Assembly: GCA_024697025.1 (NCBI GenBank)
Contig: JAILGH010000082.1
Coordinates: 15,551-79,550 of the forward strand
Origin: Pseudobutyrivibrio sp.
Lineage (GTDB): Bacteria; Bacillota; Clostridia; Lachnospirales; Lachnospiraceae
Direction of reading: 5' to 3'
DNA: 64,000 nt
The notes beneath the pieces are model-generated. The model worked only from the letters and a program-made list of their open reading frames with translations. It was not told the origin of the DNA and searched no databases. Below are positions 1 to 9,442 of this stretch, piece by piece (positions within the stretch are counted from its first letter, which is position 1; each line of letters opens with the position of its first letter). The translations under genes were made by a program, and so were the position numbers.

Positions 1-1343
1 GAAATTTTAATCTCATCCTCACTTAAGAGTTCTTGTACACATCGTAACTTCATATATCTACAGTGAGCATCCAAAGTAGCTACAATCGAAGAAGTAGTTT
101 CGGCTGCACCATTGTAAAACTTTTCGATTTCCACATAACCTGGAAAATGAGAGCCGTCCTCCTTGTGCTCTGGCGATTCGCGCCACCTCTTATCAGCATC
201 TGTCATCAGTCTAAGGATACCCGGCTCGCAGTCCTCACCACCCTGAAGTACTGGATTACCACTATGGTCTAATACAGGTCGGCCATCTGGACCAATCTGA
301 GGCATACCGTAGTTCTCGATTTTACCCATCTGATTCTGTCTAACGGCTGTAGCCGCTAAAAGCTTGGCAAACTCTTTCCAGTTCTGTTTTTCTGGTGGTC
401 TATCATAATGAATAAGATATAAAATCGCTGTCAAAAGTACTTCAGCTGAATCCTCGAAGAACTGATTTGCTCCAGCGTCTGCGTCTGGCTGTGATGTTGA
501 TTTCATCAAAATCTGTGCCAGCGACATGATACCTGACTCATTTCTAATATAATTAAACGGATTGAAATGAATAGATCTCTCCATCGACTCTTCTGACTCA
601 ACGTTTAATACCATTACCTCATAGCCATTATCCTCAAAGTATTGACCTGTCTGATGGAACAGCTCGGCCTTAGGGTCAGTAACCACATAGTTACCAGCTA
701 ACTGGGATAATACTGGTCTAGCAAGTCTAAATGATTTACCAGTACCAGGAGGTCCTACTACAAGAGCATTAAGGTTCGATGTCTTATCGTTTTCAATATT
801 TAGATAAACGCCCTCTGCAATCCAATAGTTTTTGGTATTAACTCTATATGGAAATTTGACGTGAGGGAATTTCTTTTTAACTTCTTCAAGTTTGTCACCA
901 AAGTTGACTTCAACAAGATTTGACTTGTCATGATTAGAGAAGTCTTCGCTAAACTCTTCAGCTGACATCCATGCAGCATCACCATATTCCTCGCCTCTGA
1001 AATCGTATTTGATTTTGGTCGACATATATACATATACTAACGACCAAGCAAATACCAATACTGCAATCATCTTTGGAGTAACTTCGGTAAATGACACTAT
1101 AAAATGATAAGGTGGGTGAAAGTAAAACCTTTCAAAATTACTGAACAAAGTGTCAAACCCTTCGCCTTCAACCCACACTGCTCCAAACAAAAGCCCAATA
1201 TAGGCTAGTACTAATGATACAAGCAGCCATGTCAAGAAAACTCGACCTGGGTTCTTTTTACTTGCTCTTGTTAAACCGCCTTTAGAATTTAGGGCTCTCC
1301 CTAAAACTTTAGGCAATTCGCTTAATGATCTTTTTCCTGCCAT
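1..1343 (-). CDS. Type IV coupling protein (VirD4/TraG/TcpA-like), C-terminal part outside window
   Basis: My own translation of the minus strand from the ATG at 1343 (MAGKRSLSELPKVLG...) stays open to position 1, about 447 codons. It is absent from the ORF track because no stop lies in the window. Two N-terminal hydrophobic helices (VFLTWLLVSLVLAYIGLLFGAVW; MIAVLVFAWSLVYVYM), Walker A VVGPPGTGKSF, then VVTDPKAEL and FNPFNY motifs typical of coupling proteins. Confidence 0.8.
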   Translation of the reverse strand, partial: MAGKRSLSELPKVLGRALNSKGGLTRASKKNPGRVFLTWLLVSLVLAYIGLLFGAVWVEGEGFDTLFSNFERFYFHPPYHFIVSFTEVTPKMIAVLVFAWSLVYVYMSTKIKYDFRGEEYGDAAWMSAEEFSEDFSNHDKSNLVEVNFGDKLEEVKKKFPHVKFPYRVNTKNYWIAEGVYLNIENDKTSNLNALVVGPPGTGKSFRLARPVLSQLAGNYVVTDPKAELFHQTGQYFEDNGYEVMVLNVESEESMERSIHFNPFNYIRNESGIMSLAQILMKSTSQPDADAGANQFFEDSAEVLLTAILYLIHYDRPPEKQNWKEFAKLLAATAVRQNQMGKIENYGMPQIGPDGRPVLDHSGNPVLQGGEDCEPGILRLMTDADKRWRESPEHKEDGSHFPGYVEIEKFYNGAAETTSSIVATLDAHCRYMKLRCVQELLSEDEIKI

Positions 1344-1379
1344 ATTTCTCCTCGTTTCTAATTATCGTATATGCGAACT

Positions 1380-1946
1380 TTATCGTCCTCCAATTGCTAC
1401 ACCTTGTTCATTGTTTGGCTGCATATAACCACCGTTCGCAAACATTATTGGTTCAAAAAATGACTCTTGTTCCTCAGTTGGGTAAGTTTTATTTTGACTA
1501 TTATCAAAACTAAGTTTCCCCTTATGATGTGGAATTTTATTCTGTTCCTGTTCCTCTGCTTTTGCTAATGCACCATTATAATTTTCTAATTTATCTAGAA
1601 AATTATTTAAAGATTCTTGCTTATCTTTAAGTTTATCTTTCCTTGGACCAGGTGCCTCATTTGCTATTTCTTTACTTAATCTTTTCAACTCTTCCTTTAA
1701 TTTTTCGATGGTCTTTTCAAGTACTTCTTTTCGCTCTTTAAGTGATTTATTCTCATTTTTAAGTGATTTGTTCTTTCCCTGATTTGTCTTTGCTTTTGGG
1801 CAGTTTATTTCCTCCATTAATAAATCCCATAAGAACGGTCCCACTATAGCAGCTAGCTCTTTAACCACTACAAGAGGTGTCTCTACAACAAATTTATTTA
1901 AAGTTCTCATTCCGTTTTGAACATCTTGATGTACATTATCTGACAT
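1380..1946 (-). CDS. Hypothetical island protein, coiled-coil K/E-rich centre
   Basis: 188-aa ORF with a good RBS (AAAGGAGATTATT-ATG), 36 nt upstream of the coupling-protein start. Its N-terminal motif is shared with the adjacent hydrolase (see findings). No recognisable catalytic motif. Confidence 0.6.
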   Translation of the reverse strand: MSDNVHQDVQNGMRTLNKFVVETPLVVVKELAAIVGPFLWDLLMEEINCPKAKTNQGKNKSLKNENKSLKERKEVLEKTIEKLKEELKRLSKEIANEAPGPRKDKLKDKQESLNNFLDKLENYNGALAKAEEQEQNKIPHHKGKLSFDNSQNKTYPTEEQESFFEPIMFANGGYMQPNNEQGVAIGGR

Positions 1947-1977
1947 AATAATCTCCTTTCTAATTACTGTCCCTTAC

Positions 1978-4182
1978 TTATAACTGCGGTCGGAAGATAT
2001 AGGTGTTCTTTTCATCGAATTTCTTCATGTTAGCAAGTATTACACCTTCATCTTCTCCATACGCTTCTACGACTCGTCCATTACCAATATATATGGCAAC
2101 GTGATGAATCCCCTTATATTTCTCATTCTTATCATCGCCACCGTAGTAGACCAAATCACCTATTTGCAAATCTATGTGATTATGATCTTCGGCTTTAGTC
2201 CAATGTACGTCATCACCTTCATCTGGTGAATATATACATTTACCTTCATTCATCAACTTTTCTGCCTGGTTAAATGAAGCACCTGTAGGCAATTCGTAGC
2301 CAAGCTCTTTCTCCAAAGCATAAACAAGAGAAGAGCAATCATACTTTTCACCAGACAATCGTTCATTTGGGTCTTGTGAATATTCAAGCCCAACTTTTGA
2401 AAGCGCAAATTTAAGAACTTTTTCTTCATAAGAATCTTTTTCTACTTTTCTCTCTTTAATAAGTTCATCTTGTCTCTCGGATGACAATGCTTCATTAACC
2501 ATATCTCTGTTGGCCAAATCATCTGAGCCACAACTTACAAAATACGACGCGACTCCTATAACAGACACTATTGCGCTTATTACATTGATTATCGTAAATA
2601 CAGTTCCTATACCTGGTATTAATGACGCCACCATTTTAAGAACCGTGGTTATTACTTTCTTAATTATGAATTTTATTATGGCCTTTATAACAGCAATTAT
2701 TGCTTGAATAATGGATTTAACTATATTGACAGTAATTGTTGCAGATTTCACGGCAGCCATTGTCACTACCTTTTTTGCAGTCTTATGCGCTTTATTATCA
2801 TGTTCCGGATTCTCTCCACCTCCAACATCAAGGGCTTCTTTAAACTGCGATGTAGCCATTGCTGCGCCTTTTTTACCCATTCTAAGCGCCCCTGTTCCAA
2901 GTTTTGCCATTCGCTTTTTTATTCCTTTTCGAACCGACTTAAAGTTATACTTGGAAGGCCTTGACTTATCAAATCTTTTATCTTCCTTTGACTCGCTATT
3001 AACACCTAATAAGGGTTCTTCTTCCTCGTTGATTATGAATTTTCCCTTTGAAGACTTTGATTCTTCCGATTTGCTACTATTTACAAATCCATCTCTTCTT
3101 GAATCTTCTTTATCCCCAAAAGAGTTCCTATTTCTAAACGAGGCCTGATGAACAACTATTCTGTTGAATTTTGCTTTAGAATCACTATCCTTTGAAATTC
3201 TATTTTTACTATTATCATTGCTAATAGTATAGGTATTTGGCCTTCGTTGTAGCCTCTGTGTCGTATTAGTTACTGATACCCTTGCAGATTGCTGTTTTCC
3301 AAAAGAACTGTTCTCACTTTTTTTATCATTTAGCGACAAACTGTCATTTGATTTTTTTGACATTGTTTGTCTATTAGTAGTGAGTTTTAAAGTCTGTACG
3401 TTGCTCTTGACACTTATTGTTTCATTAGCAGTATTAGTCGATAAACTATTACTTTTCGTCTCACTATTAGTGGGCCTTTTCGGCTGATTATTAACCTGAA
3501 GCGTTCTAACTTTAGGTTTAGGCTTATTTACGTGTTCATTTATAGCTTGCAGGTCCTTCTTATCCGTTACTGCCGGCTTCGTGGACTGCTGTTGTGTTGG
3601 CTGAAGCTTTTGTACTTTAGGCCTTGCCTGCTGTGGCTGCTGCGTTGACTGAGCCGTTGGCTTTTGCTCTTGTTTCTGTTGTTGCTGCTGCGCAGGTTGA
3701 TGCTGTGGATGTTGCTTAAGCGTTTGTTTCTGCTGTGGCTGCTGCGGCGACTGTGCCGTTGGCTTTTGTTCTTGTTTTTGTTGCTGCTGCGCAGGTTGAT
3801 GCTGTGGCTGTTGCTTTAGTGTCTGCCTTTGTTCTGGTGTATTAAGGCCTCCTGCAGAATTAACATTATTCTCTTGTGTGTTTTTTTCTTTGTTTATTGA
3901 TGAATGTTCATCTTGCTCGGCCTTTTTCCCATCGTTAGTATCTACTTTAACTGTTACTTTATGCTCGGGTGCCTCGTCACTGGTTTCAGCAGCTTTGTCA
4001 CCTTCGTCCGTCAACTTGTTCCAGCCAGATGCTATTGGCTTAAGAATTAATTTCTTTGCCGCCGTAGTTGCTGTTTTTTTGGCAACTGCTTCCGTTGGAT
4101 TAACGACAAATTTATCGACATCGTTTTTTGCGTCTTGTTCTGCTGCATGAATATTCTGGTCAATATCACTAATATCACTCAT
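1978..4182 (-). CDS. Membrane-anchored NlpC/P60-family cell-wall hydrolase of the T4SS island (VirB1/CwlT/TcpG functional analogue)
   Basis: The C-terminal ~130 aa carry the NlpC/P60 Cys context (KYDCSSLVYAL) and His context (IHHVAIYIGNGRVVEA). They are preceded by the hydrophobic helix LIPGIGTVFTIINVISAIVSVIGVASYFV. The N-terminal ~500 aa are Q/P/N/S/K-rich low complexity. Confidence 0.8.
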   Translation of the reverse strand: MSDISDIDQNIHAAEQDAKNDVDKFVVNPTEAVAKKTATTAAKKLILKPIASGWNKLTDEGDKAAETSDEAPEHKVTVKVDTNDGKKAEQDEHSSINKEKNTQENNVNSAGGLNTPEQRQTLKQQPQHQPAQQQQKQEQKPTAQSPQQPQQKQTLKQHPQHQPAQQQQQKQEQKPTAQSTQQPQQARPKVQKLQPTQQQSTKPAVTDKKDLQAINEHVNKPKPKVRTLQVNNQPKRPTNSETKSNSLSTNTANETISVKSNVQTLKLTTNRQTMSKKSNDSLSLNDKKSENSSFGKQQSARVSVTNTTQRLQRRPNTYTISNDNSKNRISKDSDSKAKFNRIVVHQASFRNRNSFGDKEDSRRDGFVNSSKSEESKSSKGKFIINEEEEPLLGVNSESKEDKRFDKSRPSKYNFKSVRKGIKKRMAKLGTGALRMGKKGAAMATSQFKEALDVGGGENPEHDNKAHKTAKKVVTMAAVKSATITVNIVKSIIQAIIAVIKAIIKFIIKKVITTVLKMVASLIPGIGTVFTIINVISAIVSVIGVASYFVSCGSDDLANRDMVNEALSSERQDELIKERKVEKDSYEEKVLKFALSKVGLEYSQDPNERLSGEKYDCSSLVYALEKELGYELPTGASFNQAEKLMNEGKCIYSPDEGDDVHWTKAEDHNHIDLQIGDLVYYGGDDKNEKYKGIHHVAIYIGNGRVVEAYGEDEGVILANMKKFDEKNTYIFRPQL
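3628..3835 (-). repeat. In-frame tandem duplication (102-nt and 99-nt units) encoding a Q/P-rich 33-34-aa repeat inside the hydrolase gene
   Basis: CTGCTGTGGCTGCTGCG starts at 3628 and again at 3730. The units are near-identical, with one extra codon in the first. The protein shows ...KQ(Q/H)PQHQPAQQQQ(Q)KQEQKPTAQS(P/T)QQPQQ... twice. Confidence 0.85.
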
Positions 4183-4251
4183 AGTAGGCCTTTCTATAAT
4201 CTGCTTTTTGGGTTCTTTAAACTATATTTCTTATTCATCAGCGGAAGTCAT

Positions 4252-6822
4252 TTAAGCATCTTTTTTTATCTCTTGATTGCTCTCGATATGTTTTTCTTTT
4301 TTGATGCCAGTATCATCTTTTTTTGATGCTGCCTTTTTTATTCCCGCATCAGTATTTACAAGCTTGTAAATCTCACTATCTCTGTCGATAACCATATCAA
4401 ACGGTACCGTTATAGGCCCCATTTTTAATATGCCGGTTCCACTAGGTGCATTATCCAAATATGAGAACAACGCTCGTGAAACACTAGGTAAATATTTCAT
4501 AAGTAACTCCATATCTTGAGTTGATTGAGATAACAAGAAAAAGCTCTCTGTGTTAGAAAAAATTTGTGCTAAGTTCACATCGTCTTTTGATTTCATCAAA
4601 TCACTCATATTCTGAGTGATACCAGTCATCAGACCACTCATCTTTCTAACCTCTTTCCAAAGCTTTAACACGAATTTCGCAACACACTCAATTCCTAAAA
4701 GCTCATGGAACTCATCGATATAGACATGCGTCCATTTTCCATTTCTACCATTGTTACGTATTCTGCTTCGAACCATTTCCATCATTACTACCATGGCACT
4801 GACACGGATATTTTCCTGTGTATGTGACAAATCAAATGAAATGAATCGACTATTTAGATTTACATTTGTACGATGGTTAAAGAGTGATAATGAACCATTT
4901 ACAAATGTATCCATCATTCTAGCTACGTGATTTGCGTGTGGGTCGTTCATATCTACCAAATACTGATAAATATCCTGCAACGTTGGTGAGTACTGACGTA
5001 CCTGCTCCTCAGGAGTAAGCTCTGTATATGTATCACCGCCCTCAAACATATCGCTTCGCATATGTTTTGGAACCTCAAATTCTAACGTATCCATTCCTGT
5101 TCCGTTAAGTCGTCTACGAACTGAATAATTATCCTTATAGACTCTTTCAATAGCTTTATTTAAAACAGGAAGTTCGTCTTCGTTAAGATCACGTTTGATA
5201 TATGAACTAATCAATGTCTGAATGAAATCTGACTTGTCATAAATAACACCTTCAAGGTCCGCATAATCAACTCCTGTAAAGTCTACATCCAGTGGATTTA
5301 CAAACAGTTGCTTTTGGGGGTCAAATGAAATTACTGTACCACCTACGATTCCTGCAATTTCATAATAATCCGCGTTTGGATCTATCATCAAAAACTGATC
5401 ATCCGGATATACGGTATATGAACATATTGTTTCAAGCTTAGCGGCAACTGACTTACCTGAACCAGATTGACCTAAAATCAAACTGTTTCTATTTTTCAAT
5501 TTCTTCTTGTCAGCAAAAATCGCATTGCTTGAAAGCTGATTAATTCCGTAATATACGCCTCCTATATCACATAACTCCTGTGTTTTAAAAGGCATAAACA
5601 TTGATACCGCCAGAGAAGAAAGATTGCACACATGCTTAAACTCCTGTATTCCAAGTCCAAGGGAAGTATTAATACCTTCCTTTTGTCTTGCGAAGCAAGG
5701 TTTAAACTGAATAGATTTAACACCACCGAGGGTCATAATCTTATTTTCGATTTTGGATAACTCTTCCTCATTTTCTGCTACAAATAAGAATGTAATAGTA
5801 GTATTAAAGAAATGCTGATCCTCTTCTGCAATCTCCTTTTGAAGGAACTCTATCTTCTCTTGCATACCAAGAAGCTTTGAAGAAGCATCTGACAAGAAAT
5901 CCAGCTTGTTTCGGTTACGAGTCTTTTCATTCTCGATTTTCATACCTACCTTCATATGCTTTCTTGCCAATTCTTTTTTCAAGGCATCCCTTGAAATCAA
6001 TTCATTATTTACAGAAATATATGATGTGCAGTTTAGCTGCGATAGCTTACTAACAATATCCGCCTCTAAAATCTTTGGGTATTCATTGATAAAAAGTACT
6101 TTACCAACCTTGCCATTCAATCTGAACTGCTCATTCTCAAACATAATAGAACCAGGAGCAATTGTATTTACCCAGTCGCGTCGGTTTTGTATTTCCTCTT
6201 CATAATCAAATCTAAAATTAGTATTAATACCAATATGGGTAAAGTTATATAAAAGCTGCATTCTCTCATTAACATCCAGTGGTGTTAAAGTAGAACCAGT
6301 GGTTCCATCAGCAGTCTGGTCAAGAAACGCCATTCTAATACCAGTCTCCATACTTGTGAAGTTTGACCTCGCCTCACGTATGTTTTCAGCTTTACATGTC
6401 AATGTAAAATATATCGTTTGGTATAGTCCTTGTTTAGCATCTGTTAACTTTTCAGCGATAATGCTGTTATAAGCCTTTCGAAGCTTATCTAATTTATCAT
6501 TTTCTAATGGATAAAGGATTTGCTTCTGAAACTCTTCCTCATCAACATATTCATTCGCTACGCAATATGAAAATCTACATGGGACTGTCTCTAAAACCTT
6601 GGCAAACCATCTAATGACATCTGTCTGCTCCTCTAAAGTCATACCCAAGAAATTTATATCTGATAACTTGTACTGTTTTGAAAAAAGTGAATTAGGTAAT
6701 TCAAAAATTCCACTTTCATCTATACTCACTATAGAGAAAACTTGCTGAACAGAATCAAAGTTTTCATATAAAGGTGTATCCGTGACCTTTGTCTTTGCAT
6801 ATTCTGTCAATAACCTTGGCAT
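4252..6822 (-). CDS. VirB4-family T4SS ATPase (TrsE/TcpF/Orf16-like)
   Basis: 856 aa. Walker A LGQSGSGKSV, Walker B-like HVYIDEFHELL, GITQNMSD motif. Large N-terminal domain followed by a C-terminal ATPase, as in VirB4 proteins. Strong RBS AGAGGAGG. Confidence 0.85.
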   Translation of the reverse strand: MPRLLTEYAKTKVTDTPLYENFDSVQQVFSIVSIDESGIFELPNSLFSKQYKLSDINFLGMTLEEQTDVIRWFAKVLETVPCRFSYCVANEYVDEEEFQKQILYPLENDKLDKLRKAYNSIIAEKLTDAKQGLYQTIYFTLTCKAENIREARSNFTSMETGIRMAFLDQTADGTTGSTLTPLDVNERMQLLYNFTHIGINTNFRFDYEEEIQNRRDWVNTIAPGSIMFENEQFRLNGKVGKVLFINEYPKILEADIVSKLSQLNCTSYISVNNELISRDALKKELARKHMKVGMKIENEKTRNRNKLDFLSDASSKLLGMQEKIEFLQKEIAEEDQHFFNTTITFLFVAENEEELSKIENKIMTLGGVKSIQFKPCFARQKEGINTSLGLGIQEFKHVCNLSSLAVSMFMPFKTQELCDIGGVYYGINQLSSNAIFADKKKLKNRNSLILGQSGSGKSVAAKLETICSYTVYPDDQFLMIDPNADYYEIAGIVGGTVISFDPQKQLFVNPLDVDFTGVDYADLEGVIYDKSDFIQTLISSYIKRDLNEDELPVLNKAIERVYKDNYSVRRRLNGTGMDTLEFEVPKHMRSDMFEGGDTYTELTPEEQVRQYSPTLQDIYQYLVDMNDPHANHVARMMDTFVNGSLSLFNHRTNVNLNSRFISFDLSHTQENIRVSAMVVMMEMVRSRIRNNGRNGKWTHVYIDEFHELLGIECVAKFVLKLWKEVRKMSGLMTGITQNMSDLMKSKDDVNLAQIFSNTESFFLLSQSTQDMELLMKYLPSVSRALFSYLDNAPSGTGILKMGPITVPFDMVIDRDSEIYKLVNTDAGIKKAASKKDDTGIKKEKHIESNQEIKKDA

Positions 6823-6838
6823 ATCTAAGTACCTCCTC

Positions 6839-7930
6839 TTATACGACTAGCTGTTTAACCTGACTGTTATGCATGTTTCTCATAGAATGATAATCCTTGA
6901 TACCATACGAAAAACTGCTTTCTAATACATCTGCTGTATTACCATATACAGGTGAAATTACCATATCTTCATTACTAAAGAACTTCTCGATAGAATCTAT
7001 CAATTCATCCTTTTTCTCTTCTGTCTCTGTTAGGATGACAATTGTCAAACCAACATTGATATAGTCTTTTTCAAATGACTTGAATGTTGTATTGAATTTC
7101 TTTTCAAGAACATTTTTACAATCCTCGTTCTCTTCATCTGTGTATGGCTGAATGTCTGTTACAAACATCATTGGCATATTGATTTCAAGAAGCTCCTGTA
7201 AGAAATTGGTTCCAACCTCTCCTGGATACTGTATAACCTGAAGGCACGCACCAACTCTTCCATCAATCTTGAAGCAGTCATCATTCAATGTGATTGCCTG
7301 GAATGCACTAGCTCTCCAATCGCTCTTGCGTCTAATCATTCGCTCAAAGTTTAATTCTTCTTCATCGTGAAGGAAGTTTCTCTTAACCTGATTCATATAA
7401 CTATCAAGGGATACTTCAACAATATTGATTTCGTTGCAGATTGCATTGATTTTTTCTACCTCTGCATCTAAAGTGAGCTTCACTGTCTCGTAAATCTCAG
7501 CATTTAAGAAAAACGTAATGTAATCTGTTCTGATTAGTCTGTTAGAATCTGCTAATTTAAAATTAGAAGTTATTCGTGAACGAATAGATATAACATCAAC
7601 CAATCCGTCGATAAAAAGGTTTCTGTTTTCTTCGTTCATACCCTCAATCTTATATGTTTTTACCCAATTGTTATCTGTCTTTCTGATAGTTGCCACCTTG
7701 GCATCAAATGAAATAATCCCCAACGACTCAAGAGTCTTTTTGCTTACCGGCTTGAGCATTCTGTTAAGACGCTCAATTTCCTTCTTATGCTCTTTTTCCT
7801 TTTTTCTTAAAGCTTTCTTTTCGGCTTTCTCTGCCTTTTTCTGCCTCTTAAGCTCCTTCTTATTTGCTTTGCTTTCAGCTTTCTCCTGTGCCTGCTTTAA
7901 TTTCATTTCTTTCTTTGCCATCTTATCCAT
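6839..7930 (-). CDS. Stand-alone paralogue of the VirB4 N-terminal domain (no ATPase domain), K/E-rich N-terminus
   Basis: By-eye alignment to residues ~25-430 of the downstream VirB4: IISFD/IVSID, WVKTYKI/FSKQYKL, KSDW/RRDW, FKIDGRVGACLQVIQYP/FRLNGKVGKVLFINEYP, YGIKDYHSMRNM/LGIQEFKHVCNL. The ORF ends where the VirB4 ATPase domain would begin. Confidence 0.65.
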   Translation of the reverse strand: MDKMAKKEMKLKQAQEKAESKANKKELKRQKKAEKAEKKALRKKEKEHKKEIERLNRMLKPVSKKTLESLGIISFDAKVATIRKTDNNWVKTYKIEGMNEENRNLFIDGLVDVISIRSRITSNFKLADSNRLIRTDYITFFLNAEIYETVKLTLDAEVEKINAICNEINIVEVSLDSYMNQVKRNFLHDEEELNFERMIRRKSDWRASAFQAITLNDDCFKIDGRVGACLQVIQYPGEVGTNFLQELLEINMPMMFVTDIQPYTDEENEDCKNVLEKKFNTTFKSFEKDYINVGLTIVILTETEEKKDELIDSIEKFFSNEDMVISPVYGNTADVLESSFSYGIKDYHSMRNMHNSQVKQLVV

Positions 7931-7953
7931 ATTCTTTAAATCCTCTCCATTCT

Positions 7954-9198
7954 TTAGTTTGATTTTTTATATACAATGTTAAAATTTAAACGTTTTAAAT
8001 CATAATCAAAATCTTTTATCTCTAATATTTCTTTTACACTGAAATGATCCATATGAATTAATACAAATGGTATGGATGAAATCATTTCCTCCAGCGTTTC
8101 CATTGGATAATCAGATTTATATCTAGCACACTGTGCAAGTCGTGTTACAGAACTTACCGCATCGTTACTATGTATTGTTCCTAGGAAGCGAGCACCTGTA
8201 TTTAACGCTGTAGTAAATACATACAAGGCCTCAGCACCCTTAATCTCACCAATTACAAAATTATCTATATCTTGTAACAATCCGAGCCGCAGCTCATCTT
8301 CCAATGAATACTCTGCTTTTTCTTCTCCATGGGACAATGTCATTGTGTGCTCGAACTGCATCTGCGGATGACCCTCTGAATAAAGCTCATCAGACTCCTG
8401 TGAAACTAGTACTGACTGATTGTATGGTATCCAATCCAATAACTTGTTTAATAACGAGGTCTTTCCTGAACCTCCCTGTCCTGAAACTAAAAACGCATAT
8501 CCGTTAACTATTCGATCACGGAAATACTCAATCATTTCATCGTTTACCATTCTGGCCTGTTTCAGATACTCCCAAGAATATTTGTCAGTTGGAATCTTTC
8601 GAATATGTATGTTGTATGCATCACTGGAAACAAGCTTTCTATCTTGCCAGTCAATTCGCATATAAAATGCATCTGTAGTTTTTCTATCTGTACAATATGT
8701 TGCTGCGTTGTGAATATCACCCTTTATTCGGTGTATTCGTCTAAGTCGGTTGTACCAGTCGTTATAATCTTGTTCTGATATAAATGAAAGATTTGTTTTA
8801 TATCGATTTCCGTTAGATTTGCAAACGATATGATTCCACGCAAGAACTTTTATATCTGATACATCCTCCGCATCAATTAGCGGAGTCAAAATATAATATC
8901 CAAACACTGCTGATTGAAACATATCTAAAAGTGTTTTCTTTACTTCCTCATCTAAATCTTGTAGATATTCATTTAGATATCTCTTGGCTCTTCCCATCAG
9001 CGCCAAGAAGTCCTGCTCCGTTCCCTGAACTGATTTAGCGATACTAGATTTGTTGATGTCTATAACATTTCCTTTTAGACGCTTGTATAAATTCATCAAC
9101 TCTTCATTTTGATAGTTAGACTTAACTTCATATATTTCCGAATGTAAAATGTGTTCTTTCGGGGCACTTGGAATATAATTCAACTCCGGCATGTACAT
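7954..9198 (-). CDS. VirB11/CpaF/PilB-superfamily secretion ATPase (T2SSE fold)
   Basis: LIDAEDVSDIKV, Walker A FLVSGQGGSGKTSLLNKL, Asp box VLVSQESDELY, Walker B NFVIGEIKGAEA, His box LGTIHSN. The true start may be the second ATG, at 9192. Confidence 0.8.
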   Translation of the reverse strand: MYMPELNYIPSAPKEHILHSEIYEVKSNYQNEELMNLYKRLKGNVIDINKSSIAKSVQGTEQDFLALMGRAKRYLNEYLQDLDEEVKKTLLDMFQSAVFGYYILTPLIDAEDVSDIKVLAWNHIVCKSNGNRYKTNLSFISEQDYNDWYNRLRRIHRIKGDIHNAATYCTDRKTTDAFYMRIDWQDRKLVSSDAYNIHIRKIPTDKYSWEYLKQARMVNDEMIEYFRDRIVNGYAFLVSGQGGSGKTSLLNKLLDWIPYNQSVLVSQESDELYSEGHPQMQFEHTMTLSHGEEKAEYSLEDELRLGLLQDIDNFVIGEIKGAEALYVFTTALNTGARFLGTIHSNDAVSSVTRLAQCARYKSDYPMETLEEMISSIPFVLIHMDHFSVKEILEIKDFDYDLKRLNFNIVYKKSN

Positions 9199-9283
9199 AT
9201 CCTCTTCTTTCTGTTTTGATAATTGGGGTTTTACTCTATGAGATCATCATCTATCTCCCTATCTCTACCCCTTCTATTATTAA

Positions 9284-9310
9284 TTCAAAAAAATTTTTCA
9301 TTTTTTTCCA
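9284..9310 (-). promoter_or_regulatory. Island 27-nt A7/T7 palindromic motif, copy 1 (candidate promoter/operator of the VirB11-VirB4-hydrolase-VirD4 unit)
   Basis: The minus strand reads TGGAAAAAAATGAAAAATTTTTTTGAA followed by TTAATAAT. It lies 85 nt upstream of the 7954..9198 start. Confidence 0.6.
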
Positions 9311-9442
9311 TTTTTGCAAAATTTATTACAAAAAAATTACACCCAAGACGTGCTATGCCCCATTTTTACTGGATAAATCCAATAAAATTTTTTTAATCAC
9401 TTCTTGGATGTAATTGCAAAAATTACTTTTCAAGCCTAATTT

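Noticed and set aside
800-1033. 77-aa minus-strand ORF, the only minus-strand track ORF in the first 1.3 kb
   Set aside because: It lies out of frame inside the long open VirD4-like reading frame (ATG at 1343 to the window edge), which has clear Walker A and coupling-protein motifs.
3590-3840. CAG/CTG-rich repetitive DNA as a non-coding microsatellite or phase-variation tract
   Set aside because: It is an in-frame 102/99-nt duplication within a long ORF, not a short-unit tract that could shift the frame.
2510-4326. Plus-strand ORFs (65-145 aa) antisense to the hydrolase gene. Similar antisense ORFs occur elsewhere, for example 5906..6205, 7668..7982, 18103..18519, 21557..21954, 30002..31303, 49097..49805 and 52405..52845.
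   Set aside because: All are embedded in well-supported genes on the opposite strand. They have low-complexity or hydrophobic translations typical of antisense frames, and they lack an RBS.
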